Origin: Spirochaetia bacterium
Lineage (GTDB): Bacteria > Spirochaetota > Spirochaetia > SZUA-6 > Bin103
Length of the DNA stretch: 64,000 nt
Assembly: GCA_965199955.1 (NCBI GenBank)
Contig: CBDATQ010000003.1
Location: 32,001 to 96,000, forward strand
Reading direction: 5' to 3'
Shown: one piece after another, positions 50,088 through 59,802 of the stretch
Numbering within the stretch: position 1 is the stretch's first letter
Layout: every line of letters begins with the position of its first letter
Position numbers and translations under genes: made by a program
The notes under the pieces: model-generated
What the model saw: only the letters and a program-made list of their open reading frames with translations
The model's database searches: none
Told to the model about the DNA's origin: nothing

Positions 50088-51122
50088 CTACGCCGGCTCT
50101 ACCGGGACGACGCGGCCGCTGGTCAGGCTGCGGCTGACGGCTTCGGTGAACTCCATGTACTGCAGGCCGATCTTGAACGGGGTCAGCACGATCTCCTCCT
50201 CGCCGCGGATGGCGCCGACGAACTCGTCCTCCACCCGCCAGGACTGCGCTTCTTCGGGGCGCACCTCCACCTCGGCCAGCGCGTCGTCGCCGTTGCGTCC
50301 GGCCCAAACGGTATCGGTGTCGCCGTCGAAGCGGATCGTCCCGTCCGAGCCGCACAGGTGGATCTGCGAGCCGCCGCTCAGCCCCATCACCGCCGACACC
50401 TGCAGGTGAAGCTGCGCACCGCAATGGAGCTCCGCCGTGATGTCGATATGCTCCGGCACCAGCGCGTCGCGCAGCACGCCCGACGCATCGCGGCGGCGCG
50501 TCACGAAGGTCCTGCCCATCGCCGACAGGCGGCGGGCCGTCCCGACCCAGCGCATCATCGCCTCGTACCAGATGCCCATGGTCATGATGTTGCGGCCCGA
50601 CAGGTCGGTGTCCTGACGCCAGTGCAGCGGCGCGTCGCGGTCGAGAAAGCCGGTGGAGACGCGCGCGTCGACGACCAGCAACTCGCCCAGCACCCCCTCG
50701 GCCATCAGCCTTTGGATGGTGCGGTCCACCCGCACCGTCATCGGCGACGGCACGATCTGCGCCACCAGATCCGGATGCGCCCGCGACGCCGCGAGCATCC
50801 TGCGTGCCTCGGCCGCGTCGCGCGCCATGCGCGCCTCGCACAGCACGTGCTTGCCCGCGCTCAGTGCGGCGACCGTCACCTGCTCGTGCAGGTAGGGCCA
50901 CGTGCCGATCACGACCGCGTCGACGTCGGACTCGACCACCTCCCGCCACGTCGTCAGCACCTGCGGGATGCCGAACTCCTCCGCCACGCGCGCGGCCGAA
51001 GCGTGCGACCGGTTGCAGACGTTGACCACCTCGACCCCGTCGATCGCCTGCAGGCGCGGGATGTGCAGTTGGCGCGTGTTGGCGCCGGCGCCCACGACGC
51101 CGACCCTGATCCGATTACTCAT
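50088..51122 (-). CDS. Gfo/Idh/MocA oxidoreductase
   Basis: VGVVGAG, IGTWPYLH, HVLCEARMA. Confidence 0.9.
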   Translation of the reverse strand: MSNRIRVGVVGAGANTRQLHIPRLQAIDGVEVVNVCNRSHASAARVAEEFGIPQVLTTWREVVESDVDAVVIGTWPYLHEQVTVAALSAGKHVLCEARMARDAAEARRMLAASRAHPDLVAQIVPSPMTVRVDRTIQRLMAEGVLGELLVVDARVSTGFLDRDAPLHWRQDTDLSGRNIMTMGIWYEAMMRWVGTARRLSAMGRTFVTRRRDASGVLRDALVPEHIDITAELHCGAQLHLQVSAVMGLSGGSQIHLCGSDGTIRFDGDTDTVWAGRNGDDALAEVEVRPEEAQSWRVEDEFVGAIRGEEEIVLTPFKIGLQYMEFTEAVSRSLTSGRVVPVEPA

Positions 51123-51147
51123 GTGACCTCACTCCTTGGGTTTCGCT

Positions 51148-51303
51148 TCACTTTGCGAGTTCGTCACCCGGCGCTGGCGGTCGATCCGGGGCGCCGTCGA
51201 GCAGGCTCAGGAGCCCGCCCGGTGTCGGACCGGCGGCGCGATCCTTGAGAACCCCCTCGGTCGACTCGACGGCGCCAACTCTCTGGGCCACGACGGCGAC
51301 GAT
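51148..51303 (-). pseudogene. C-terminal fragment of a HicB-like/RHH antitoxin
   Basis: IVAVVAQRVGAVES..LKDRA..LLSLLDGAPDRPPAPGDEL*; N-terminal DNA-binding part missing. Confidence 0.5.
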
Positions 51304-51304
51304 T

Positions 51305-52216
51305 CTAACCCGCGAGCAGGTGCCGGCCCATGTCCCAGACGATGGTGGCGATGCCCAGGAGCAGGACGGCGGCGAACAGGCGGCGGATGCTCGGCCCCTT
51401 GAACCGCCTGGCGAGGCGTACGCCCAGCAACGCGCCGAGCACCGATCCCGTGGTGAGCAGCAGCACCAGCAGCAGCTCGACGTGCCCCTGCCCGCCGTGG
51501 CGGACCGCCCCGTAGCCGGAAGCCAGCACCACCTGCACGGCGCTGGTGCCGATCGCGACGTGGGTAGGCACACCCAGCACGTAGATCAGCAGCGGAAAGT
51601 TGATGAACCCGCCGCCCACGCCCATCAGCCCGGTCAGGATGCCAATGCCGAAACCCATGGCCAGCGGCACCCACACCGAGATGCCGGACAGACCTGAACG
51701 CGGAAGGTCCATGATCGGCCGCAGCCGGATGCGGCGCAGCGCCCGCCCCGCGCGCGTGTCCACGTCAGCGCGCCCCACGCGGGTCTCGCGCCAGATCATC
51801 ACAGCGACCGACGCCAGCAGCAACACGAACAGGCCGCCGAGCACCAAGTCGAGCAGCGTGATGCCGCCGCCGGAGACGCTCACCTCGCCGATCGACTCCA
51901 GCGCGTTCTGAATTCGCAGGCCCACCTCGGCCCCCGCCACCGCTCCGGCGCCGAGCACCAGCCCCAGGCGCAACTCGACGTTGCCTGCCCGCCGGTGCCG
52001 GTACGCGGACACCGTGCCGGTCAGGAAGATCTGCACCAGGTCGGTGCCCACGGCGACCGGGTACGGCACCCCGAACAGCGCCTTGAGCGCCGGCGTGAGC
52101 AGGAATCCGCCGCCGACGCCGAACAGCCCGGTGAGCACGCCCACCGAGAAGCCGAGCACCACCACGCCCGGCAGCCACACCTCCACCTGGGCCAGGGGAA
52201 GGAACAGCGTCAGCAC
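51305..52216 (-). CDS. TauE/SafE-family membrane protein
   Basis: Two GLFGVGGGF/GLMGVGGGF repeats, AVGT/AIGTS. Confidence 0.9.
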   Translation of the reverse strand: MLTLFLPLAQVEVWLPGVVVLGFSVGVLTGLFGVGGGFLLTPALKALFGVPYPVAVGTDLVQIFLTGTVSAYRHRRAGNVELRLGLVLGAGAVAGAEVGLRIQNALESIGEVSVSGGGITLLDLVLGGLFVLLLASVAVMIWRETRVGRADVDTRAGRALRRIRLRPIMDLPRSGLSGISVWVPLAMGFGIGILTGLMGVGGGFINFPLLIYVLGVPTHVAIGTSAVQVVLASGYGAVRHGGQGHVELLLVLLLTTGSVLGALLGVRLARRFKGPSIRRLFAAVLLLGIATIVWDMGRHLLAG

Positions 52217-52269
52217 GCGCGCACCTTACCCCGGCGCGCGCCACGCTACCGCCGGCTGCCGATTCCGCT

Positions 52270-53124
52270 CTACAGTCCGACCGGCGCCACCGCCACCCAG
52301 TAGTAGACCAGGTAGGCGCCGGCTCCCAGCAGGAACAGCACGCCGACGTGGTTGGCGAACGGCATCAGCGCCCGCAGCCGCTGCGCCAGCGTGGTGCGCA
52401 GCAGCGCGGCCGCGACGGTGACCACGGTGATCACCGCCCCCATGCCCAGCGCGTAGCTCACGAACTGGGCGAGGCTGACCAGCCATCCGTCGGCGGTCAG
52501 CGCCGTCGACACCACCAGCAGAAAAATCGGCAGCGCGCAGCTCAGCGACGCGATGGAGTAGGTCATCCCGAATAGGAGCGCGTTCAGGGTGTTGCGCTGC
52601 GGCGTGACGTGCACGCGGCTGGCCGCGGCGATGCCGATCTTGCGGCCGGTCACCAGCAGCCACAGCGCCAGCGCCACCATGACGGCTCCCACCGCCGTGG
52701 CGGCGTAGGGCAGCAATGGACCCAGCGCCTGCCCGGCCAGCCCCACCAGCACGCCCACGGGGGCCACGACGAACGCGAATCCCACGGTGGTGGCCGCGGC
52801 GATGCGGACCGCAGCCAGCGTGCGCCGCAGCCACGACGCGGCGCCGTAGCCGGTCTCCTGCGTACCGAGCTGCAGCGACAGGTAGGTCGGCAGCATGATG
52901 AACCCGCAGGGATTGACGCAGGCGACGATGCCGGCCCCGAACGCGGTGCCGAACCGCACCGAGCGGGCCAGCTCGGTGGCGGCGTTCTCGGCGCTGGCCT
53001 GCACGCGCGTGAGCAGATAGACCAGGGCCACCACCGCGGCGGCCGGCACGACATGGTACCACAGGAGGTGCCGCCACCCGCCGGTCGCTGGCGGGGACGG
53101 GTCCGCGGTCCGGGCGGTGGCCAT
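52270..53124 (-). CDS. CcdA/DsbD-like disulfide transport membrane protein
   Basis: VNPCGFIMLP and SLSCALP cysteine motifs, YALGMG. Confidence 0.85.
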   Translation of the reverse strand: MATARTADPSPPATGGWRHLLWYHVVPAAAVVALVYLLTRVQASAENAATELARSVRFGTAFGAGIVACVNPCGFIMLPTYLSLQLGTQETGYGAASWLRRTLAAVRIAAATTVGFAFVVAPVGVLVGLAGQALGPLLPYAATAVGAVMVALALWLLVTGRKIGIAAASRVHVTPQRNTLNALLFGMTYSIASLSCALPIFLLVVSTALTADGWLVSLAQFVSYALGMGAVITVVTVAAALLRTTLAQRLRALMPFANHVGVLFLLGAGAYLVYYWVAVAPVGL

Positions 53125-53128
53125 GCGC

Positions 53129-53695
53129 TTACTTCTCCACGTCGATCAGGGCGCCGGCCAGCTCCTCCAGCTTCTCCTTGGTCAGAAAGCCGGTCCAGGT
53201 GTGCGCGATCTGCCCCGCGGAGTTGATGAAATAGGTGGCGGGGAGACCCAGCAGCTCGTATTCCTTCTGGACATGCTCGTCCGCGGTGGTAACCGCCGGG
53301 TAGGTGATCTCCAGCGTATGCAGCAATGAAATCGCGTGCTCGGGCAGGCCGAGCCCGGCCAGCGCGCCGATGTCGACGCCCAGCATCAAGACCTGCCTGC
53401 GGTGCTTGTCGTAGTACTCCTGGAACTCCGGCATCTCGACCTGGCACGGCGGGCACTGGGCCGCCCAGAAGTTGAGGATGATCGGCTTGCCCAGGGCGAC
53501 CACGTCGCTCAGGTGCAGCTCGCGGCCGCCGAGCTCCTTCTCGCCCTGGTACGCCTCGAAATAGAAGTCGGGGGCCATGGGCAGGTCCGCCTGGACCGGG
53601 CTGCCACCGTCGCCGCCCTTGCCGCCGCAGCCGGCCAGCAGCAGGCCGACCGCGGCTGCCAGCAGGACGCGCACTCCTCGTCGTGACCGCTCCAT
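53129..53695 (-). CDS. TlpA-family thioredoxin-like lipoprotein
   Basis: Lipobox LAGC, NFWAAQCPPC..EMP, GLPATYFI. Confidence 0.9.
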   Translation of the reverse strand: MERSRRGVRVLLAAAVGLLLAGCGGKGGDGGSPVQADLPMAPDFYFEAYQGEKELGGRELHLSDVVALGKPIILNFWAAQCPPCQVEMPEFQEYYDKHRRQVLMLGVDIGALAGLGLPEHAISLLHTLEITYPAVTTADEHVQKEYELLGLPATYFINSAGQIAHTWTGFLTKEKLEELAGALIDVEK

Positions 53696-53705
53696 CGCTT
53701 CCTCC

Positions 53706-55103
53706 TCAGTCGACGCCGGCAGCCGGCCGTCCCTTACCCGCGGATCCGTCCGCCCACGGCGCCGGCAGGCCGAGCGCCCGCAGCTTGGCCTCCGCCTCCG
53801 CCCGCTCGCGATTGCGGGCCAAGCGGCCGGGCTGACCCTTGCGCTCGGCCAGCCAGCCCGCCTCGCGCGCGATCTCGGCCGCCTGCTCGTGGTCGCCGAC
53901 GGTCAGACAGGCGACCAGCTCGGTCTCGATCCGGCTCAGGCTGGTGGTATGCAGCCGGTAGTCGCAGAACGCCTCCCAGGCCAGCGGGCACCAGCGGGCG
54001 ACCACTTCCGCGCCGATCACCTTCGCGTAGTGGCGGATCTCCTGCTGCGCGTGGTCGTCCATGCGCAGCGACAGGAAGTGCAGCAGATTGTGCAGGTCGA
54101 TCTTCCAGTACGCCTCGGTATAGGTGGACAACGGCAGGTCCTTGCGCGCCTGCTCGCGCGCCACGCCCGCATCAAGCCGTTCCTGGTAGACGCTCCGCGC
54201 CTGCCGCTGCAGCTCGGCCTCGGCGGCGCTCAGCCGCTCGCCGACCGCACGTTCCAGGGGATCGCCTGACCCCTGCCGGTTGCCGGACGCCTGCGTCCGC
54301 CACTCTGCGGGCGGGGTGGCCTGCGCGGCGTCGATGGCGATCGAGTAGCGGGTCGAGATCTCGTTGACGGAGGCGGTGCGGTGGCGGATCCACTGCCGCC
54401 AGGCGTCCATCGGCACGCGCACGTGCAGCTTCAGCTCGCACATCTCGAACGGGGTGGTGTGGCGGTGGCGCATCAGGTAGCGGATCAGCCCGCGGTCGTC
54501 GCTCACGCGCCGGGTGCCCTCGCCATAGGAGACGCGCGCCGCCTGCACGATCGCGGCGTCGCTGCCCAGGTAGTCGACGACGCGCACGAACCCGTGATCC
54601 AGCACGTCCAGCCGGCGGCCCAGGATCTCGTCCAGCGCGGCGACGTGCGGCCGCGTGAGCGCGTGCTCGCCGGCATCCCGGTCGCCGCCTTCGGCCTCCA
54701 GGAAGCGGGCCGCGCGCTCGACCACCCGGCCCGCCTCCGGGAAGGTGAACAGCTTGCACACCGCCGGGAACGGCAGCCAGCGGCAGTCGGCGATCTCCTC
54801 GGCCTGCAGCCGGACCCTGCCCGTGACCGCGTCGGCCAGGAAGTAGTACACGACCTTGTCGTCACCGGACGGGAGGCGGTAGCGCACCTCCTCGCGGAAC
54901 CCCGGCAGAAAGCTCACGTCACGGAGGCCCACCTCCTCGGCGATCTCGCGCCGCGCCGCTTCGGCGATGCTCTCGCCGGCCTCGACGTGGCCCTTGACCA
55001 GCCCCCAGTAGCCGCGCTCCGACCGCGACTCCACGGCCAGGAAGTGCAGCGCACCGTCGATCCTGCGGAAGAGGGCCGCGCCGCTCGAGGTTACCTGCGC
55101 CAT
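53706..55103 (-). CDS. thyX: Nudix hydrolase fused to FAD-dependent thymidylate synthase
   Basis: Nudix box GHVEAGESIAEAARREIAEEVGL; ThyX AARVSY, HTTPFE, RHRTASVNEISTRY, REQARKDLP, AQQEIR. Confidence 0.93.
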   Translation of the reverse strand: MAQVTSSGAALFRRIDGALHFLAVESRSERGYWGLVKGHVEAGESIAEAARREIAEEVGLRDVSFLPGFREEVRYRLPSGDDKVVYYFLADAVTGRVRLQAEEIADCRWLPFPAVCKLFTFPEAGRVVERAARFLEAEGGDRDAGEHALTRPHVAALDEILGRRLDVLDHGFVRVVDYLGSDAAIVQAARVSYGEGTRRVSDDRGLIRYLMRHRHTTPFEMCELKLHVRVPMDAWRQWIRHRTASVNEISTRYSIAIDAAQATPPAEWRTQASGNRQGSGDPLERAVGERLSAAEAELQRQARSVYQERLDAGVAREQARKDLPLSTYTEAYWKIDLHNLLHFLSLRMDDHAQQEIRHYAKVIGAEVVARWCPLAWEAFCDYRLHTTSLSRIETELVACLTVGDHEQAAEIAREAGWLAERKGQPGRLARNRERAEAEAKLRALGLPAPWADGSAGKGRPAAGVD

Positions 55104-55122
55104 CGCCGGCGGCGATTCTACT

Positions 55123-56103
55123 TCACCGATCCTGCACCGACAGGACGACCTTGCCGACGTTTCCGAAGCCCTCGACCAGCGCGTGGGCGTCGCCCGCCTG
55201 CCGGATCGGCAGCGTGCGGTCGATGATCGGCCGCAGCCTCCCTTCGTCGAAGAGCGGCAGGAACCGCCGCGCGAATCCCGCGGTGATCGCAGCCTTCTCC
55301 TCGTCCGAACGGCCGCGCAGCACGGAGCCGATGATCCGGATCCTGCGCCGCATCAGCGCGGCCAGATCGACCGTCGCCTGCGCGCCGCCCAGCGTCGCCA
55401 ACAGGACCAGGCGCCCGCGGGTCGCGAGCACCCGCAGGTTGCGCTCCAGGTAATCGGCGCCGACGATGTCCAGCGCCACGTCCACGCCGCCCCACTCGCG
55501 CTCGATCTCGGTGGCGAAGTCCTGCCGGGTATGGTCGATTGCGAGCTCGGCGCCCAGGCGCCGGCAGACCGCCAGCTTGCGCTCGTCACGCGCCGTGACC
55601 GCCACCCGCGCGCCCGCGCAGGCGGCGAGCTGGATGGCCGCGGTGCCGACGCCGCTGGCGCCGCCGTGGATGAGCACCGATTCGCCCGCCCGCAGCTCCG
55701 CTTCCCGGAACAGGTTCACGTACGCGGTGAGGAACGCCTCCGGGACCGCTGCCGCCTCCGTCAGCGACAGGCGTTCCGGCACGCGCATCAGGCTGCCGGC
55801 AGGCACCGGGCAGCGCTCGGCATAGGCGCCGCCGGGGACGATCGCGCAGACACGGTCGCCGGCGGACCATTCCGCGACGCCCTGGCCGAGCGCTCCGATC
55901 CGCCCGGCGATTTCCAGGCCCAGGATGTCCGACGCCCCGGGCGGCGGCGGGTAGCGGCCGGCGCGCTGCATCAGGTCGGCGCGGTTCACCGCCGTGGCCG
56001 CCACCTCGACCAGGACGTGACCGGCCGGCGGCGGTGCCGGCTCCGAGACCTCCTCCCAGCGCAAGGAGTGCTCGGGGGCGCGGCCGACGACGATCGCGTG
56101 CAC
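55123..56103 (-). CDS. NAD(P)H-quinone oxidoreductase (PIG3-type MDR)
   Basis: VNRADLMQR.G.YPPPPG, LGLE, HGGASGVG. Confidence 0.92.
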   Translation of the reverse strand: MHAIVVGRAPEHSLRWEEVSEPAPPPAGHVLVEVAATAVNRADLMQRAGRYPPPPGASDILGLEIAGRIGALGQGVAEWSAGDRVCAIVPGGAYAERCPVPAGSLMRVPERLSLTEAAAVPEAFLTAYVNLFREAELRAGESVLIHGGASGVGTAAIQLAACAGARVAVTARDERKLAVCRRLGAELAIDHTRQDFATEIEREWGGVDVALDIVGADYLERNLRVLATRGRLVLLATLGGAQATVDLAALMRRRIRIIGSVLRGRSDEEKAAITAGFARRFLPLFDEGRLRPIIDRTLPIRQAGDAHALVEGFGNVGKVVLSVQDR

Positions 56104-56105
56104 GG

Positions 56106-56804
56106 TCAGCCCTGCAGGTTGGCGATGGCCGTGCGAGACCCGCCGGGACCGAGGAAGCGGACGATCACGCTCACCAGCAGGGGGCCGGCCAGCGCCTCGC
56201 GGAAGCGCTCGCAGGTGTCCTCCGGGCCGGCGTCGAAGCGCACGCTCAACGGGTCGCCGGCGAACGGCGCCGGGTCATCGGCACCTCCGGCGTACGTCGT
56301 GACGCAGCGCCCGCTGCCCGGCGGCAGCCTGTCGTAGGAGAAGACGCTGCGCTCGGTGACCGCCTGGCCGTCGACGGTGCGCTCGCGAACCACGCCCAGC
56401 CGGCACGCGCCGGGAGCGCCGACGTCGGCCGTGCCGGTGATGCGCGGAGTGGCGAGATCGTCCGGCTCCGCGGTCCATGCCTGGAGCGCGCGTTCCAGCG
56501 TGTGGCCGGCGCTCAGGATGTCCAGGACCGGCTCGGTCTGCTCCCCGTTGCTCACCACGTGCGTCCCGCCACGGCTCATGAGCAGGGGATAGACCACCAG
56601 CGCCGGATCGTCACCGCGCCCGGCATCCACGAACTCCGTCCGGACCGTGCCGTCGGCCGACTCCACCAGCCGCCGGTTGCGGCTGCGCTCGCTGCGGCCG
56701 GTGATCCAGTAGACGATCGCCACGCTCCGGCCGTCGGGCGCCGGGCCCAGCGCCAGGCCGCGCCCGCGGTAGGTGCCGTCGGCCAGCCGCGCCAGGCCGT
56801 CCAT
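56106..56804 (-). CDS. IMP cyclohydrolase-like protein (PurO-type Ntn fold)
   Basis: Y.GRG, YWITGRS..SRNR, VSNGEQT, EPD..TPRITG, TTY. Confidence 0.8.
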   Translation of the reverse strand: MDGLARLADGTYRGRGLALGPAPDGRSVAIVYWITGRSERSRNRRLVESADGTVRTEFVDAGRGDDPALVVYPLLMSRGGTHVVSNGEQTEPVLDILSAGHTLERALQAWTAEPDDLATPRITGTADVGAPGACRLGVVRERTVDGQAVTERSVFSYDRLPPGSGRCVTTYAGGADDPAPFAGDPLSVRFDAGPEDTCERFREALAGPLLVSVIVRFLGPGGSRTAIANLQG

Positions 56805-56815
56805 GTCCGGCGCGC

Positions 56816-57214
56816 TCAGCCCGGAAGCACGGCGCGGATGCGCGCCGCCTCGGCCGACAGCGCCTCATCCCCCGGGTTCGGCCCGGCGTTCGCGAAGTCC
56901 ATGTCGTGCATGCCGTCGATCGGGCTGACGTGGACGTGCACGTGCGGGACCTCGAGTCCGGCGATCAGCAGCCCCACCCTGGTGGGCCGATACGCCGCCT
57001 GCTGCGCGCGGGCGATGGTGCGCGCCACCCCCATCAGCGCGCTCAGGGTCTCGTCATCCAGGTCGATCCAATGATCGACCTCGGCCCGCGGCACCACCAG
57101 CGTGTGTCCGGGGCGCAACGGGTTGATGGAAAGGAACGCCACGCACCGTTCGTCCTGCCAGACAAAGTGGGCCGGCAGCTCGCCGGCGATGATCCGCGTG
57201 AAGACGCTTGCCAT
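56816..57214 (-). CDS. HIT-family nucleotide hydrolase
   Basis: SVFTRII.GELP, PGHTLVVP, VPHVHVH. Confidence 0.93.
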   Translation of the reverse strand: MASVFTRIIAGELPAHFVWQDERCVAFLSINPLRPGHTLVVPRAEVDHWIDLDDETLSALMGVARTIARAQQAAYRPTRVGLLIAGLEVPHVHVHVSPIDGMHDMDFANAGPNPGDEALSAEAARIRAVLPG

Positions 57215-57264
57215 GACGATGATCAGTGTAACCCGTACCACGGTCGGGCTATGCTACCGCGCAC

Positions 57265-58308
57265 GTGGACCACTCCCGCACGCTCAACGTCCTGCTGTTC
57301 ATCATCGTCATCATCGCCGTCGGCGTGGCGCTCAAGCTGATGCAGCCGGTGCTCACCCTGTTCCTGGTGGCGCTGATGCTAGCCTACCTGATCGATCCGG
57401 TGATGGTGGTAATGGACGAGCGCCTGAAGCTGCCCTTGTGGGCCGCGCTGCCACTGACCGCCATCCTGTCGCTGGCCGTGCTGTCGGGCATCGGCATGAT
57501 CATCATCCGCAGCCTGGTCGAGTTCACGCGGGACTTCGACGACTTCATGCCGGCCATCGACCGGACCCTGCAGAACGCGACTGAGTTCCTCGCGAGCAGA
57601 TTCGGGGTGGAGCTCTCCTTCAATCCCCTGGAAGAGCTGCGCGGCCTGCTGCTGTCGTCCTTCAATCAAGTGGCCAACGCGGCGCAGTCGGTGCTGCGCG
57701 GCGTCACCTCCTTCCTGCTGGTGTTCTTCTTCGCGCTGCTGTTCCTGTCGGCCAAGCACCACATGACGCGAAGCTTCGCGGACGCGTTCTCGCATCCGCA
57801 GAGCTCGATGCCGGCCATCCTGGGGCAGATCGACCGCTCGCTGCGCCGCTTCATCGGCGTCAAGACCCTGATCAGCCTGTCGGTCGGCACCGCCACGAGC
57901 GTGATCCTGCTGGCCTTCGGCGTCCGCTTCGCCGTGGTGTGGGGGTTGCTGACGTTCCTGCTCAACTTCATCCCCAGCGTCGGATCGCTCTTGTCGATCG
58001 CCGCCGTGGCGCTGTTCTCCTTCGCGCAGTTCGGCGGCGGGCTGACGCCGATCGCCGTGATCGCGTGCGTGGCCGCGGCGCAGGTCCTCACCGGCAGCAT
58101 CCTGGAGCCCAAGCTGCTCGGCGACGCGCTGAACCTGTCGCTGCTGGTGGTGTTCATCTTCCTGTTCTTCTGGGGGTGGCTATGGGGTCCGATCGGCGCC
58201 CTGCTGGCAGTGCCGATGACCGCGGCGCTGCGCATCGTGCTGGCCAACATCCCGGCGACCGAGTCGTTCACCCGGCTCATGGAGGGCCGGCGGCGCGAGT
58301 CGTCCTGA
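57265..58308 (+). CDS. AI-2E family transporter
   Basis: Multi-TM, LLNFIPSVG, LEPKLLG, WGPIGALLAVP. Confidence 0.9.
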   Translation: MDHSRTLNVLLFIIVIIAVGVALKLMQPVLTLFLVALMLAYLIDPVMVVMDERLKLPLWAALPLTAILSLAVLSGIGMIIIRSLVEFTRDFDDFMPAIDRTLQNATEFLASRFGVELSFNPLEELRGLLLSSFNQVANAAQSVLRGVTSFLLVFFFALLFLSAKHHMTRSFADAFSHPQSSMPAILGQIDRSLRRFIGVKTLISLSVGTATSVILLAFGVRFAVVWGLLTFLLNFIPSVGSLLSIAAVALFSFAQFGGGLTPIAVIACVAAAQVLTGSILEPKLLGDALNLSLLVVFIFLFFWGWLWGPIGALLAVPMTAALRIVLANIPATESFTRLMEGRRRESS

Positions 58309-58309
58309 G

Positions 58310-58990
58310 GTGGCCGGCATGGCTCACGGGGGCCGGGGCGACGATCTGCGGGTCGACGATCTGTGGGTGCGCCGCGGCACCCGCGACGTGCTGCAGGGCG
58401 TCAGCCTGGAGGTCGCCGGCGGCGGCGGGCTGCTGATCACCGGCGCCAACGGCACCGGCAAGACTACGCTGCTGCGGGCGATCCTGGGCTTCCTGCCGCC
58501 GCGGCGCGGCGCGGTCACCTTTGGCGGGCGCCCCGTGCGGGCTCCGGCAGCCGGCTACGTGCCGCAGGAGTCGCCTGCTGGCGACCTGCCGATCACCGCG
58601 GCCGAGGTGGTGGAGATCGGCACCGTGGCGCGGAGCCTGGGCGCTGCCGAGCGCGGCCGGGTCGTGGCCGCAGCCATGGATGACACGGGGTGCGGACACC
58701 TGCGCCGGCGCCGCTACGGGGAGCTTTCGGGCGGCGAACGGCAGCGCGTGTCGCTGGCGCGCTGCCTGGCGCAGGACGCGCGGCTGCTGCTCCTGGACGA
58801 GCCGACGTCGGCCCTGGACGCCGCGGCGCGCGCCGGCCTGATCGAGCTCCTGGAGCGCCTGCGCGGGCGGCTGGGGCTGGCGATCCTGATGGTCAGCCAC
58901 GATCCTTCGATCGTCAGCCACGATCCGGAAGCGCGGGCTCGCGTCCCGTGGCCGGTGCGCGAGCTGCGCGACGGGCGTGTGCGAACATGA
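58310..58990 (+). CDS. Metal ABC transporter ATPase (ZnuC-like)
   Basis: GANGTGKT, GYVPQ, LSGGERQR, LDEP. Confidence 0.88.
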   Translation: MAGMAHGGRGDDLRVDDLWVRRGTRDVLQGVSLEVAGGGGLLITGANGTGKTTLLRAILGFLPPRRGAVTFGGRPVRAPAAGYVPQESPAGDLPITAAEVVEIGTVARSLGAAERGRVVAAAMDDTGCGHLRRRRYGELSGGERQRVSLARCLAQDARLLLLDEPTSALDAAARAGLIELLERLRGRLGLAILMVSHDPSIVSHDPEARARVPWPVRELRDGRVRT

Positions 58991-59802
58991 GCACCCTGCT
59001 CGAAGCGCTCGCCGTGGCGCCGATCGCACGCGGGCTGGCCGCGGTGCTGATCGCCGGGGCCGCGCTGCCACTGGCCGGAGTGCTGGTGCTGCGCCTGGAG
59101 CTCGTGACCCTGCGCTTCACCCTCATGCACGGGGCACTGCTGGGAGCGGCGGTGGCGCTGGCGATCGGGCTGGATCCGCTGCTTCCCGGCCTGGCTGTCG
59201 CTCTGCTGCTAGTGGTCACGCACGCACCGCTGGCCAGGGCGGCGGGACTGCGGCTCGGATACGTGGCGGCCTTCCTGATGGTGATCACCATCGGCGCCGC
59301 GGCAGCCGTGATCTACCGCGCCGCGGTGCCGGCTCCGGAGGTGTTCGCGGTGCTGTGGGGCGACCCGTTCGCGCTGACCCGCACCGACCTGATCGCCGTC
59401 GCGGCGTTCGGGGCGGCGCTGATCGCGTTCGTGGCGCTGGCCCACCGCCGCATCGCGGCGCTCCTGTTCGACCAGGAGGTGGCGGCCACGAGCGGGGTGG
59501 CCGTGCGGCGGGTGCGGGCGGCGGTGCTTCTTGCGGTAGGCTGCGCCGTGGCCTTCGCGATGAAGCTGATCGGCGCGCTGCTGCTCGACGCCATCCTGCT
59601 GTTGCCGGCGATCCTGGCGCTGGCCGTGGCGCGGAGCGTGCGCGGCCTGTTCCTGCTGGCCGGGGCGGCCGGGCTGGCCGTGGCGGCGGCAGGTTTCGTT
59701 GTGGCGCTTCTGGTCGACCTGCCGGCCAGCGCCGGCGTGACGCTGGCGGCGGCCCTGCTGCTGCCGACGGTGATCGTCGCCCGCCGGCGGAGGCACGCGT
59801 GA
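58987..59802 (+). CDS. Metal ABC transporter permease (ZnuB-like)
   Basis: LMHGALLG, LWGDPF, FDQEVA..SG, IGALL. Confidence 0.85.
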   Translation: MSTLLEALAVAPIARGLAAVLIAGAALPLAGVLVLRLELVTLRFTLMHGALLGAAVALAIGLDPLLPGLAVALLLVVTHAPLARAAGLRLGYVAAFLMVITIGAAAAVIYRAAVPAPEVFAVLWGDPFALTRTDLIAVAAFGAALIAFVALAHRRIAALLFDQEVAATSGVAVRRVRAAVLLAVGCAVAFAMKLIGALLLDAILLLPAILALAVARSVRGLFLLAGAAGLAVAAAGFVVALLVDLPASAGVTLAAALLLPTVIVARRRRHA

